Positions 39,627 through 50,689 of a stretch of DNA of 64,000 nt are shown here, piece by piece. Source of the DNA: Octopus bimaculoides (taxonomy: Eukaryota); assembly GCF_001194135.2 (NCBI RefSeq), contig NC_068983.1:159949541-160013540 (forward strand). The letters run 5' to 3'. How positions within the stretch are numbered: the first letter of the stretch is position 1; every line of letters begins with the position of its first letter. A program made the translations under genes and the position numbers. The notes under the pieces were generated by a model that did no database searches, was not told where the DNA came from, and saw nothing but the letters and a program-made list of their open reading frames with translations.

Positions 39627-39791
39627 TCGAAAAATACCTTAGGAATGAGAACCCAGGTTCGAAATTTCCCCAAATCACCTGATGAAGGCTGGAGGGTATA
39701 TCAGTCGAAACGTTGTGTTAAAAACAAACAAGATGAGGACAAATATCCGTCAAATGTACATAATTGCTCATCTCTTAAATATAGAACTGTA
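39556..39791 (+). mobile_element. SINE-like family D copy 2, inverted relative to copy 1
   Basis: About 90% identical by eye to the reverse complement of 39278-39523, including the internal (TAA)n. Confidence 0.85.
39675..39719 (+). ncRNA. Minimal type I hammerhead ribozyme, core intact
   Basis: TCAC-CTGATGA(39679-85)-A-GGCTG(GAGGGTATAT)CAGTC-GAAAC(39707-11)-GTT-GTGT. Stem II has 5 bp (one G.U), stem III is the palindrome ACGU, stem I is CAC/GUG, and the predicted cleavage is after GUU (39714). Confidence 0.7.
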
Positions 39792-40180
39792 TTATTCATT
39801 ATTAGTCAAGGGATTAGGATTACGTGTAATCTTGTCATGGTCATATACATACGTACATACACGTAAATATACATGCATTCATATATATGTACATACTTAG
39901 ATATGTGTCCGTGCGTGTCTGAGTGTGTATGGCGGGGTACTGCGTGAGTGACAGAACTGCAGCTACTCTGCCTATGATAAACCTTCCGTGTGCAGTCAAA
40001 AGGAAACTGCAGAATCATCCGGATTTTATTGTACCAGGTATGTATGTTATTCTGATTGCCGCAAGAAAAGAAGTTCGAGTCTTGATTTGCACCGGGTTTA
40101 CATAAGAGTAGGAGTGGTCGGCGGCGGTCGACTAGCTTCATTGTTTTATTGTTGACGTATTATTTTTTAGCAGTTTCGAG

Positions 40181-40300
40181 GCAGGACAAGGCGGACGAAG
40201 GCGGGCCAAGACGGGCCAAGGCGGGGGAAAGCAGGTAAAAGCTGGTCAAAGCGAGCCTAAGCGGTCCAAGGCGACCCAGTGCAAGACAAAGCGACTAGAG
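40181..40300. repeat. GC-rich 10-bp minisatellite, 12 degenerate units, consensus about GCGGGCCAAG
   Basis: GCAGGACAAG GCGGACGAAG GCGGGCCAAG ACGGGCCAAG GCGGGGGAAA GCAGGTAAAA GCTGGTCAAA GCGAGCCTAA GCGGTCCAAG GCGACCCAGT GCAAGACAAA GCGACTAGAG. Confidence 0.85.
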
Positions 40301-42339
40301 AGGTATCAGGAATGGAATAGTCACTTAGAACAATCTATATGTTTCTCCATAATCTGGGTTATGCATTCGTAGTAACATTGTCCGCATGCAGACAGCTCGT
40401 TTACTTGCATCAGTCACTACATAGGTGAAAGCTGGGTTTCGGATGGGAAACAGTGGCACACGAGATACCCTGAAAACAAAATTGACGAAATCCGGGATGT
40501 GTGCACTATGTATCTCTGACATTTCATATCCTCAAACGATGGAGCTTCTATGTGGTCGTTTGAGCTGTTAAGAACAGTAAACAAATTCCTACTATTCCCG
40601 TTTTACTAAACCTATTCTAAACAAAATGATGAGTAAAATTACTTTGGATAATATCAGATATACATTTGATCGTTGATAGGTCTACTAGTAGACCAGGGTT
40701 TATCTGAGACTAAATAAGGACAACATCTAGTAATATGAGATCAATCTGATCAATGGAGTATTAGAAACTGTAGACTGCTGTATTTAGTATACTTTTGGTG
40801 CCAACATTGCTTTTCTTCTGGAGTTGGTAGAATAAATTCTGATAATATATTTTCGCTGATTCAATCTACCGACAACAAGTTAACTTTATGTCAGTGTAAA
40901 AAACTGATTATAGGATCAATCGTATTAATTCAGTAGTAAATATGAAGAAAATATATGTTTAGCGTTTGTGAATGGGTCTAGATTCTTCGAATTCGAAGAG
41001 TAAGAAAATACCATCTTTAATTCGTTTTGATAGAGCAATTGTTTTCAAAAAATTCCGAAGTTATAGATCATGTAAAGAATACCTCGTGCAGACAATTCTA
41101 AAACAAATTCCTTTTCCGTTAGAAGAAAAAGCTAATAGGAATATATTCCAGTATCATCACAGCAGTTTCTAACGAAGATAAATGGGTGTTCAGAAAGTAG
41201 CATCTTAAAAAAGAAAGCAACAAACTGGACCATTGACCTCTGAAGGAAATTGTTTCATTCTGCTAATATTGGGTGTTTTTATATATATATATATACATAT
41301 ATATCTTCAGTCAAGTGGCTATTTAAAGTTTCTACATCCGGATCAATTTCCTTACCGCTGCATGTTCTAACCTTTCTTCCATTTCCCATCATCCAAAAAG
41401 TGATCTTTTAGGCTCGCTCTTGTACAGAACTTCAGCAAAAACTGAATGTTAGTAACAGCTTGCTATTAATAAGTGTCACTACTAATCTCAATGATTTATC
41501 TATACACTTCTCTGGAGATAAATAGATCTTCTGATAATTTCCTACAGAAGAGAGTGGCAATGGTGTATACCAAACAAACACATACGTTTATAAACATACT
41601 TGTCAACACATACACGTACATGCACACATAATACAAACATGCACACATACATGCGCACACATACGAAATGAATGATAAGGTATATCTTCAGTCTCATTTA
41701 ATTTAACAGGCTTAACAGATAGGTTTTTAATGGCATTTTATATACATTATTCAGTATAGATCGATAAACATGGCTTATGGATTGCATTTAATATTCCATT
41801 CAACTAACTATATTTAACTTTATGTTGTCCAACGTTCGTCTATTTTATTAAACTCCATTATACTATACTGTTAAAATCTACAATAATTTCTAGTCTTGAA
41901 TACAAGGTTTAAGCCTAGATAGTGAGAATTTGTATTGGAACAAATACAAAATTTCCAAAAAGCCAAGACTGTGAGTTATACTCAGCCATCAGTTGGGAGC
42001 ATTGAATATATTTACTATGTTAATACTTAATTTTAATTCTAGCTTCCCAAAAATAGACATGCAAATAAGAAAAAAACAGACCAGTTGAATCTGCGTTATA
42101 CTTTCCTTCGAAACGGAAAGCCATCTCATTTCAGTTATGTCATTAATAACCAAGAGAAAGATATGATCACAACATAATTCATTCCTCATCATTTAAAATG
42201 TATGAATCTTTGTTTAGTTTAATGGAAACCAGCATTTGCAAATCATAGCAGAAACCAAAGTAATTAAGTAATATCCTGAGGTATCAGATATCAACCTTTC
42301 TACCAACATATTCACACCTACAAATATGTGTCTGTAAGT

Positions 42340-42464
42340 ATGTATGTGTGTGAATGCTTCTATTGTTTATATACATGTATGTGCATGCATGTACGTATAC
42401 ATGCATGTGCGTATTTATGTGCTTGCTTGTGTGTGTGTGTGTATACATACATATACATATACAT

Positions 42465-42495
<31 letters not shown>

Positions 42496-42620
42496 ATATA
42501 TATATATATATANNNNNNNNNNNNNNNNNNNNNNNNNNNNNNNNNNNNNNNNNNNNNNNNNNNNNNNNNNNNNNNNNNNNNNNNNNNNNNNNNNNNNNNN
42601 NNNNNNNNNNNTATACTTAC
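42340..42620. repeat. TG/CA/TA microsatellites with N gap (42513-42611)
   Basis: Read directly from the sequence. Confidence 0.9.
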
Positions 42621-43325
42621 ACACAAAATAACGTAGTCAGCTATAAGCAATGTAAAACCATACATACATATGAATATGTAAACATGTATATGTATAAACT
42701 ATTACCGATTGTATGCATGCGGCATAATACAGATTGGAGTGGAGGGTTTTGGCAAATACATACAATTGTAGTGCTTGTTTGCATACAATCAGCAAGATTC
42801 TTATTTCCAGCTTACTCTTTGATGTCGTCGATCTACAAACGTTTTTTTTTTACAACCTCTCGCTTTTTCGCCTTCACACTTCTGAGGTTTTGGTCAGTGA
42901 TTCGTGTTGTATTGTAGGCTCGTATAATCGCGCTAATATGTGTCCTTCGATTTCCATCTCTTCTAGCTCTGCAGCATTTGTTACACTATCCATCCAGCTT
43001 GTTCTGCAAAAGATTCACATCTGAAAGGCTTATAACTTCTCTATTGTTGTATACATTGATTAAGATTCTGCCTCTTAGAGGACAATTGGCACAATGTATA
43101 AGATCACTAGCCCCGATTTTACATGCAGTTATGTCTTTTGAAGTGAAGGTTTTTCATTGTTTTTGCCTTATTTCTTATTTGAGTAACTACCTGATCTATT
43201 ATTTTTTCCTAAATACTTAACTTTTTGTTTTTACTTATCCAAACTTCTATGCATCTATCTTTAAATAAGCTTCTTTTTTCCTGCCTTACTGTTAACTATT
43301 GTCTTTGATATTTCAGTATACATAA

Positions 43326-43395
43326 AGACGGTGACATGGCAGACTCGTTACCGTGCCAGGAAAAATGCTTAGTGGCATTTCTTCCGACTTTACAC
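43326..43395 (+). mobile_element. SINE family A head fragment
   Basis: AAGACGGTGACATGGCAGACTCGTTACCGTGCCAGGAAAAATGCTTAGTGGCATTTC aligns with the family A head. Confidence 0.6.
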
Positions 43396-43419
43396 GCCAT
43401 TAACTATAACTCCTTTGAT

Positions 43420-44150
43420 TTCATTTGACTCTCGAAATATATACCCAGTATAGATATTGAATAGGTACGGTGATAACACACATCCTTGTCTGACATCCCG
43501 TTTGGTAGTTCTAACAATTCCTGTTCTATTGTGATGGTTGTCTCTAGGTTCCAGTATAACTCATTATAACATATTTTCATCTGTCGTCGATGTGGTGGCC
43601 ATGTCTCATACAAGGGTAACAAGGAATTAATAAACTAAGGATCGTAGGTGCAAAGCATGGTGTACAATTTTAAGTTACTGATTAACAAGGCTCATTTATC
43701 CAGTGTCTCACACGTAGCCGAATCCTCCTCAATGTTCAAGTTGATCTCAGAATATAGGAATCAATCCCTGGTGACTTATTTACTGCAATTCACAACAGAA
43801 TCCACTACGTCTGATCCCTTGAATATGTCCATTTAATTCAACATAAAGCTATCCTGGAATGAATGCGAATATCCACTTTGTTTCTTGTAAATCCAAAAGT
43901 AGTACACTTACTGCAGAAAAGATCCAATATTTTGAAATATTTTCCACCAAGTGAACCAGAAAGTCAGAATTATCAGCGTACAATAAACTGCGGATCAGAG
44001 TTATAAATGTTTCCGATAAAGCTTTAAAACAATTCAAAATAAAGTCTACTTGTGCAATTTCAGAAGCTCAATCATGCTTGCAAAGCATACGGAGATTAAA
44101 TTTCTTGACGCCTTAATCCACAAAGATCGGTTCCAGCAGGCTAGGTCCTT
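43420..44150 (-). mobile_element. Two adjacent RTE-clade LINE RT fragments
   Basis: Minus strand gives TLIRSLLYADNSDFLVH and LLPLYETW..HRRQMK (43570-44150), followed out of order by DVRQGCVLSPYLFNIYT (43420-43560). Confidence 0.7.
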
Positions 44151-45739
44151 AAGTAGAAGTGATTTAATGATTTAAAGATAAATTTTTCTTCTATCATATT
44201 ATGTAAACCTACAGTATTTTAATATCTTTTAAGTCTAGATAGCTTCAGAACAATTGAATTACTCAAAAGTACTTTTATATTTATTTATTTAACTTGCGCA
44301 TCTATATGCTTATTTATACAAGATACACATGTGGTGTCTCTACCTTTCCCACGTTATCTGTTATCTATTATTGTTTCATCGCTACTTTCACATGATTTCT
44401 TTCCCTTGCCCTCCTTAACGTGCCGCATGTCGCCTTGACATGTTTTAAATTTATGAACTGACACTCTGCATCAAAAGTACTTTCCCTCACACGTTATGTA
44501 TGTATGCGCACGCGCGTGTATTGTTTACACAATCCTAGTTCTATGTGTGTGCATCGTTATAGTTTTATATTCCCATAACGACATATCGTAAGACCGTAAT
44601 CCCTCAGTCGAAACAAAACCAACTTATTTTTCACATGGCAATTTTATCCTATTTATTTATCTGCCACCCCTGTTTGATTTATAAATCGTTATACATATTT
44701 ACGCCTACTTATACATATGTATGCACATAATTTTGTGCGTGTGTGTGGGCATGCGCCTGTATGGGTGCATGCGTGTGTATTTCTACTTTAGTTTTCGTTT
44801 GCGTGTATATATCGTCAGCAATAATACTTCTCACTTCACGGGTACCTCTCTAATCATGCAAGTTGTTATATCACTTTCGGTTTTAGCTACAGCTGTTACT
44901 GAACACTGCAACATTTGTAGAAGTGCTTGGAGTATTCACGGTTACATCATAATTCAATGAGTTGTAGGTGGTTTAGCTGATCGAGCTACAGGAATATCCA
45001 TCGCGGAAACCAAGGAGAAAATTCATTTATTGTTGTTTTGATGTAATATAGTGTTGAACATAATAAAACATTGCATATACTTATAGAAATTAGAACGATA
45101 ATAATCCAGTGAAGTGTCAAGTTACGAGAAGGATATTGACGCAAGAATTTTCGAAATAATAATAATAGTCAAGTGAATAATTCTCACTATCATTTTTTCT
45201 TCTGGCCTTTTTACAGCAACAATAAAAAATAATGAAATGCTGATATTGTTTCTTTTGCTGATTTGAGGTAAGCATTTAAAGTTTCGGTTCAGTTATCTAA
45301 ACGTCCAAAATAAAGTTCGGGTCATTCGTTGACTAATATATTCCGTTGTTTTGTATTTTTTTTGTTTTTTTACCTTTTTTTTTAACCTTTTTTTTTTTTT
45401 TTTGGTCTTTCTCAGAACTTCGGCTTATAACATATTTTCGTCCAGAAAATAAAATAAAACACAATATATACAGAAATATTAACAGTTATAAATATATATT
45501 TAAATATATAATATCAGTATATAACCATTCTACTGACTAAACCACACAATGTATATTTCGATGCTAAAATATTTAATCAATGGAAATGGTTTTATAAATC
45601 TACCAACATTCAGAAGAGTTACACATATGTACAGCTCTGACTACATTANNNNNNNNNNNNNNNNNNNNNNNNNNNNNNNNNNNNNNNNNNNNNNNNNNNN
45701 NNNNNNNNNNNNNNNNNNNNNNNNNNNNNNNNNNNNNNN

Positions 45740-45771
<32 letters not shown>

Positions 45772-46274
45772 CATAGAAACACTTCATACTTGAAGGATAT
45801 TGTGTTATCATGTGGTGCTGCATTAAATTCAAAACTTCTCAGGAATACTACTTGAAGAAATATCGTCTTCGATTGACTGACTTGCTCTATATACACTGCA
45901 CAAATCTTAACGTGATACCTGTACCACCCTATGAGCACTACACATGTATAAATACACATACACTTATACAGAGAAACATTCACACTGTTGTAGTAAATTT
46001 TAAGAAACTAGTTCTGTATTATCTTGTATAATATTTTTTTAAGATAATAACCTTGAATCTTCTAATCTTTTTCTAAAATGTCAGTTGCTCTTCCAAAGTG
46101 GATTTATAGGATGAGCATACAATTCTCAAATTTATTTATTGATACAATAGAAGTGTAATAACTTCTATTGTCAACGAAAACTAAATGAATCTCTTAGTTA
46201 ACTGGGCTCTATCTTTCCTAATTCTATTTTGTTCTGTATTTTAGATGATAAGGCGAAACGGAAAAGGAGACAAT

Positions 46275-46790
46275 TTTATTTTCTAAATTTTAGGTTGAGA
46301 GGAAAGGCTATACTCAGAGCCTTCATAAACCCTTCGAGACCAGTGATGTGGTTAATGTTCCCCGTGAACTAATGCAATTGAACACCTTAGAGGAACACAT
46401 GAACAAGGAAGGAAAACCAGAAGACTGACTTTCGTTCTGAGAATGAACGATCGGGTATAGTGGTTAGTATGGAGCTTATTGGTAGTGTATAAAATGAAGA
46501 AAGTAGAGTTGGTGTGGTAATTCCTGAGAAGAGAAGACAAGATCCCAGCCAGCTTCGAGAAGCAGATGTTATCATAGGTGTGGTAAAAAAGACAGAGAAA
46601 AGTGACTGTATGCTAGGGAGACAGAGACTGCTGCGTGTCTGCAAGTGACTTTTTGTGTCAATCGTTTGAGTGACTTGGCGTTCAATGTATTCAACAGGAG
46701 CACCGCCGCCCCAGGTATAGGAACTGTTGTGGGCTGCACTTGAGCTTTGTGGAGTAACAATAATTGTTGTAGACTTGCGAATAATTTGAT
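46275..46790 (-). mobile_element. CR1-type LINE 3' fragment
   Basis: Minus strand gives LHKAQVQPT..WGGGA and LFYHTYDNICFSKLAGILSSLLRN...NHYTRSFILRT, like the C-terminus of CR1 ORF2. Confidence 0.7.
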
Positions 46791-47107
46791 GGTCTATAGT
46801 ACCGAAATCGAACTTTAGCTGAGAAAGTAACTTTAATACATATCAGTTTGAGAATGTTGATGATATCACAATGTAAATCCTGCAAGTTATATTATGGCAT
46901 ATAATAATTCTTTACACTGGTTAGTGATAATCTTTAATTAATATCTGCTAATTGCAGCTTAAGCCAAGAGCAACTTAGTGTGTTTTTTTCTATAACGTTG
47001 AGAGTGTAATTATAGATGCAAGATATTTCGAATGCTGAGAATAACAAAGTATACAACATACGTCTCCACAAGAAAACTGATGCTGTTGCTCCATCGTCCT
47101 TCTCAGT

Positions 47108-47168
<61 letters not shown>

Positions 47169-47195
47169 GCTGCTACTACTGCTACTACTACTAGC
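47108..47195. repeat. (CTA)n/(CTG) trinucleotide repeat
   Basis: Read directly from the sequence. Confidence 0.95.
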
Positions 47196-47774
47196 ATTGT
47201 TATTGCTTGTATTACTGCTTGAGGTACTACTACTAATACATGGATTCTTGTGAATTAAATATGTTTAATGAAGAGGCAAATGAATTTACTGCTATTGCAC
47301 CCAAAACAATATGTTACCCATTCATTAGCAATATCCCTGCCTTCCAGGAAATGCTAAACAAATCTCACTACAATGGTTACTTCCTTTTCTTTCATCATTT
47401 TTCACATACTGTTTTCTTATTTTTTTCCTTCATTTATTGAAATCTTTTCAAACACCTTAAATAATATCGTTATATATTTTTCTTTGCTAGAATTTAATGA
47501 AATAATGTTTTCTTCAATAAATATGTGAACACTAACTTGGTTATTGTTTTTTTACGGGGACGGCGGCCCTGAGTTATTATTTTCAGCCAGTTTTAGTTTA
47601 TTATGCTAAAATGTCTTATACATTTGCTTAGTGATTCTTCCATTACTAATTTGGTAAGTACAGTGAAGTTTATGTTTCACTGATTAAGCATTAATGCAAC
47701 AGAAATATATCTAGAATTCTTTTCCATACATAACGAAATAATTAAAATATTTTGAATCATAGGATAATATTGGT

Positions 47775-47859
47775 TTCAAATGTTGGAACAGGGCCAGAAA
47801 TTTCCGAGGTGGGGGTAAGTCGATTTCATCGACCCCAGTGCTCAACTGGTACTTATTTT
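47775..47859 (-). mobile_element. SINE family A 3' part, cut by a 432-nt N gap (47860-48291)
   Basis: GGCCAGAAATTTCCGAGGTGGGGGTAAGTCGATTTCATCGACCCCAGTGCTCAACTGGTACTTATTTT. Confidence 0.8.
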
Positions 47860-48291
47860 NNNNNNNNNNNNNNNNNNNNNNNNNNNNNNNNNNNNNNNNN
47901 NNNNNNNNNNNNNNNNNNNNNNNNNNNNNNNNNNNNNNNNNNNNNNNNNNNNNNNNNNNNNNNNNNNNNNNNNNNNNNNNNNNNNNNNNNNNNNNNNNNN
48001 NNNNNNNNNNNNNNNNNNNNNNNNNNNNNNNNNNNNNNNNNNNNNNNNNNNNNNNNNNNNNNNNNNNNNNNNNNNNNNNNNNNNNNNNNNNNNNNNNNNN
48101 NNNNNNNNNNNNNNNNNNNNNNNNNNNNNNNNNNNNNNNNNNNNNNNNNNNNNNNNNNNNNNNNNNNNNNNNNNNNNNNNNNNNNNNNNNNNNNNNNNNN
48201 NNNNNNNNNNNNNNNNNNNNNNNNNNNNNNNNNNNNNNNNNNNNNNNNNNNNNNNNNNNNNNNNNNNNNNNNNNNNNNNNNNNNNNNNNNN

Positions 48292-48545
48292 AGGGGATGG
48301 TGGCGAACCCTGCTGTACTCTATCACCACAACTTTCTCTCACTCTTACTTCCTGTTTCTGTTATGTGTGTAATTCAAAGGGTCAGCCTTGTCACACTGTG
48401 TCACGCTGAATATCCCCGAGAACTACGTTAAGGGTACACGTGTCTGTGGAATGCTCAGGCACCTGCACGTTAATTTCACGAGCAGGCTGTTCCGTTGATC
48501 GGATCAACTGGAACCCTCGACATCGTAAGCGACGGAGTGCCAACA
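48292..48545 (+). mobile_element. SINE family B, body and 3' end
   Basis: Reverse complement of 12950-13170; ends GCTGTTCCGTTGATCGGATCAACTGGAACCCTCGACATCGTAAGCGACGGAGTGCCAACAA. Confidence 0.88.
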
Positions 48546-49625
48546 ATATCCTGTTACTTCTTTTTTTTTTTTAATAGCAATGTTTTAAATGTGTTAACAA
48601 TAACTAAAAAATGCCTGGCTTTGAAGAACCACTGCTAGGATTTAGGAGAAAATGTCAGTGTGCCGATATTCGTTTCATTATTGCTTTTGTAAATATCTAA
48701 AATCTTATTCTCAGGAAGTAAATGAAAGAAATAGATTATATTCTGTTTGAACACTTTACTGCTTTCTTCCGTCGATAATCTCGGAAAATGTTGAACTTAA
48801 TTCAGTACTGTATGTTAATAAAACATTTGTCATTATGCGGCGTGCACGTATCTTACATATAATGTAATTGGATATTAATCAAAGGATCTATGTTTAATTT
48901 TCATTATGCATTCACATTTTTTCTTTTTATCTCTGTATTTCAGAGATGTGTAGAAGATTGAGACAATTGAAGGTCGGTTTTCATGCCTGGCGAAATTCAG
49001 TTCAATGCTTCATTGATCTGAATTCAAATCCTAATGGAATTGACAGTATCATTATACATCTAGTTCTATAAAATCAATTCCATCGATTAAATATTTAATT
49101 TTTTCTTCTTACGTAATAGAAATATTACTTCTATATGAATATTAAGTTTTTGAATGCGCTTCTGTGATTGTGTCTCTTTCTCTATCTTTATGCTATGTGC
49201 TTATTTCAATGTTTTGAAAAAGAAAAAAAATATTGGAATATGTTAGTCAATGAATATGACCCAAACTTTGTAATGTTTAGGTAACTGAACCAAAACTTTA
49301 AATGCTTAATTCAAGCCAACCCAAACAAAACAAATATATCAGCATTTGATTGTTTTCCTTGATGCAAGACAAAAATAAAAAGAAACATTTGCGAAAATTA
49401 TTCGCTTAACTACAATTAATATTTTAAATAATCTTCAGCCAATATTTTCTCCGTAAATTGACGTATCACTGAGTTATAACCATGATTCTTATTACAATTA
49501 CTACATGCAATGTTTTATTTTAATTAACATCATATTACATCAAATAATTCTCAAGAATACCATGAAATTGCATTAAAAAGAAAGCTTTCCGATGGTTTAG
49601 ATATTCTACTGCATGATAGTAGTCG

Positions 49626-49630
49626 TGGTG

Positions 49631-49709
<79 letters not shown>

Positions 49710-49730
49710 CAGCAGCAGCAGCAGCAGCAG
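49626..49730. repeat. (GGT)n(AGT)n(AGC)n trinucleotide array
   Basis: Read directly from the sequence. Confidence 0.95.
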
Positions 49731-50074
49731 GTTATCTGTTATCCGAATAAAGCTGTTATGAAAGTAATGTTTCACTGATGCGGAATGTAAAATGGATCCC
49801 GAATCAGAGAGCTACAATAATGAGTTCAAACTTCTTGGGGTGAAAGAGAGAGGGACGGAAAGAAGGGGAAAGAGAGAAATGCACATACTCACACATATAT
49901 GGATGTATGTACGTATGTATCTATGCAAGCATGTGTATATATATATATGTGTGTGTGCGCGTGTGTGTCTGTATGTATAAAGATATAGTGATATATACAC
50001 ACACACAAATATATACTTATATTGTGTATGTCCGTGTGTCATTTGATAGGCAGAGACGATGGAGAGACGTTTAG

Positions 50075-50400
50075 AATGTGTTGCTATGTTTGCTCCAACT
50101 CTTTGTGATTTGAGATCAATTCCCACCGAGGTCAACATTCGCTTTCATCCAATATAAAGCACCTTCCCATTACTGGTGAATCCCTCTCTACTTTCAGCTC
50201 TCACATTTTATTTATTCCACCATAAGGGAAAAATGACTGAATGTTTAAAAAATTCACATCGCACTTCAGAGGTCTTAGTTTCGATCCTACTGTGTGACAT
50301 CTTGGAAATCCTTATTTTTTTTATAATCCCGGTTGAATTATACTATATGAGTGAAACTGGATAAATGGAAACTGTGTACAAGCCCGTCGAATAAGTCTAA
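50075..50400 (+). mobile_element. Degenerate SINE fragments: family A core (about 50075-50155) and family C head (about 50255-50400)
   Basis: AATTCCCACCGAGGTCAACATTCGCTTTCATCC; GATCCTACTGTGTGACATCTTGGAAA...GGAAACTGTGTACAAGCCCGTCG. Confidence 0.5.
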
Positions 50401-50409
50401 CATTGTCAT

Positions 50410-50687
50410 ACTATCACACTGATTCCACCTGTTGAACATTCAGTCCATTTCAATGACATCGGGAGTTCAGCTGATCAAACAACCGAAATCTCTGACATTA
50501 TCCATTATAATACTGTCTACTCATAAGATTAATTCTGAATGGGCTAATGATTCCTCCGCTCATGCATTTCGAATCAATTTCTTTCACCACTTTACATCTA
50601 TCTTCTTGTGTCCAAAACCCGACAGAATCCGAACTAATTACAATACCGAGTCCTTTACCAGAACGGCGGTACTCTAGAATACTCTTG
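50410..50687 (+). mobile_element. Possible CR1-type 3' fragment, interrupted by the mariner
   Basis: RTNYNTESFTRTAVL*N resembles the RT..Y..SF.PRT..LWN terminus of CR1 ORF2. Confidence 0.4.
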
Positions 50688-50689
50688 TA

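Noticed and set aside
39364-39682. Mirror-image 104-aa ORFs on both strands
   Set aside because: Consequence of the inverted SINE dimer and its (TAA)n/(TTA)n runs.
40440-40565. NKIDEI...ISSNDGASMWSFEL, faintly like a Helitron Rep segment
   Set aside because: Too short and divergent, with no other Rep or helicase motifs nearby.
46294-46650. Apparent plus-strand terminal exon (acceptor then VERKGYTQSLHKPFETSDVV...)
   Set aside because: It is the antisense of a CR1-type ORF2 C-terminus recognisable on the minus strand.
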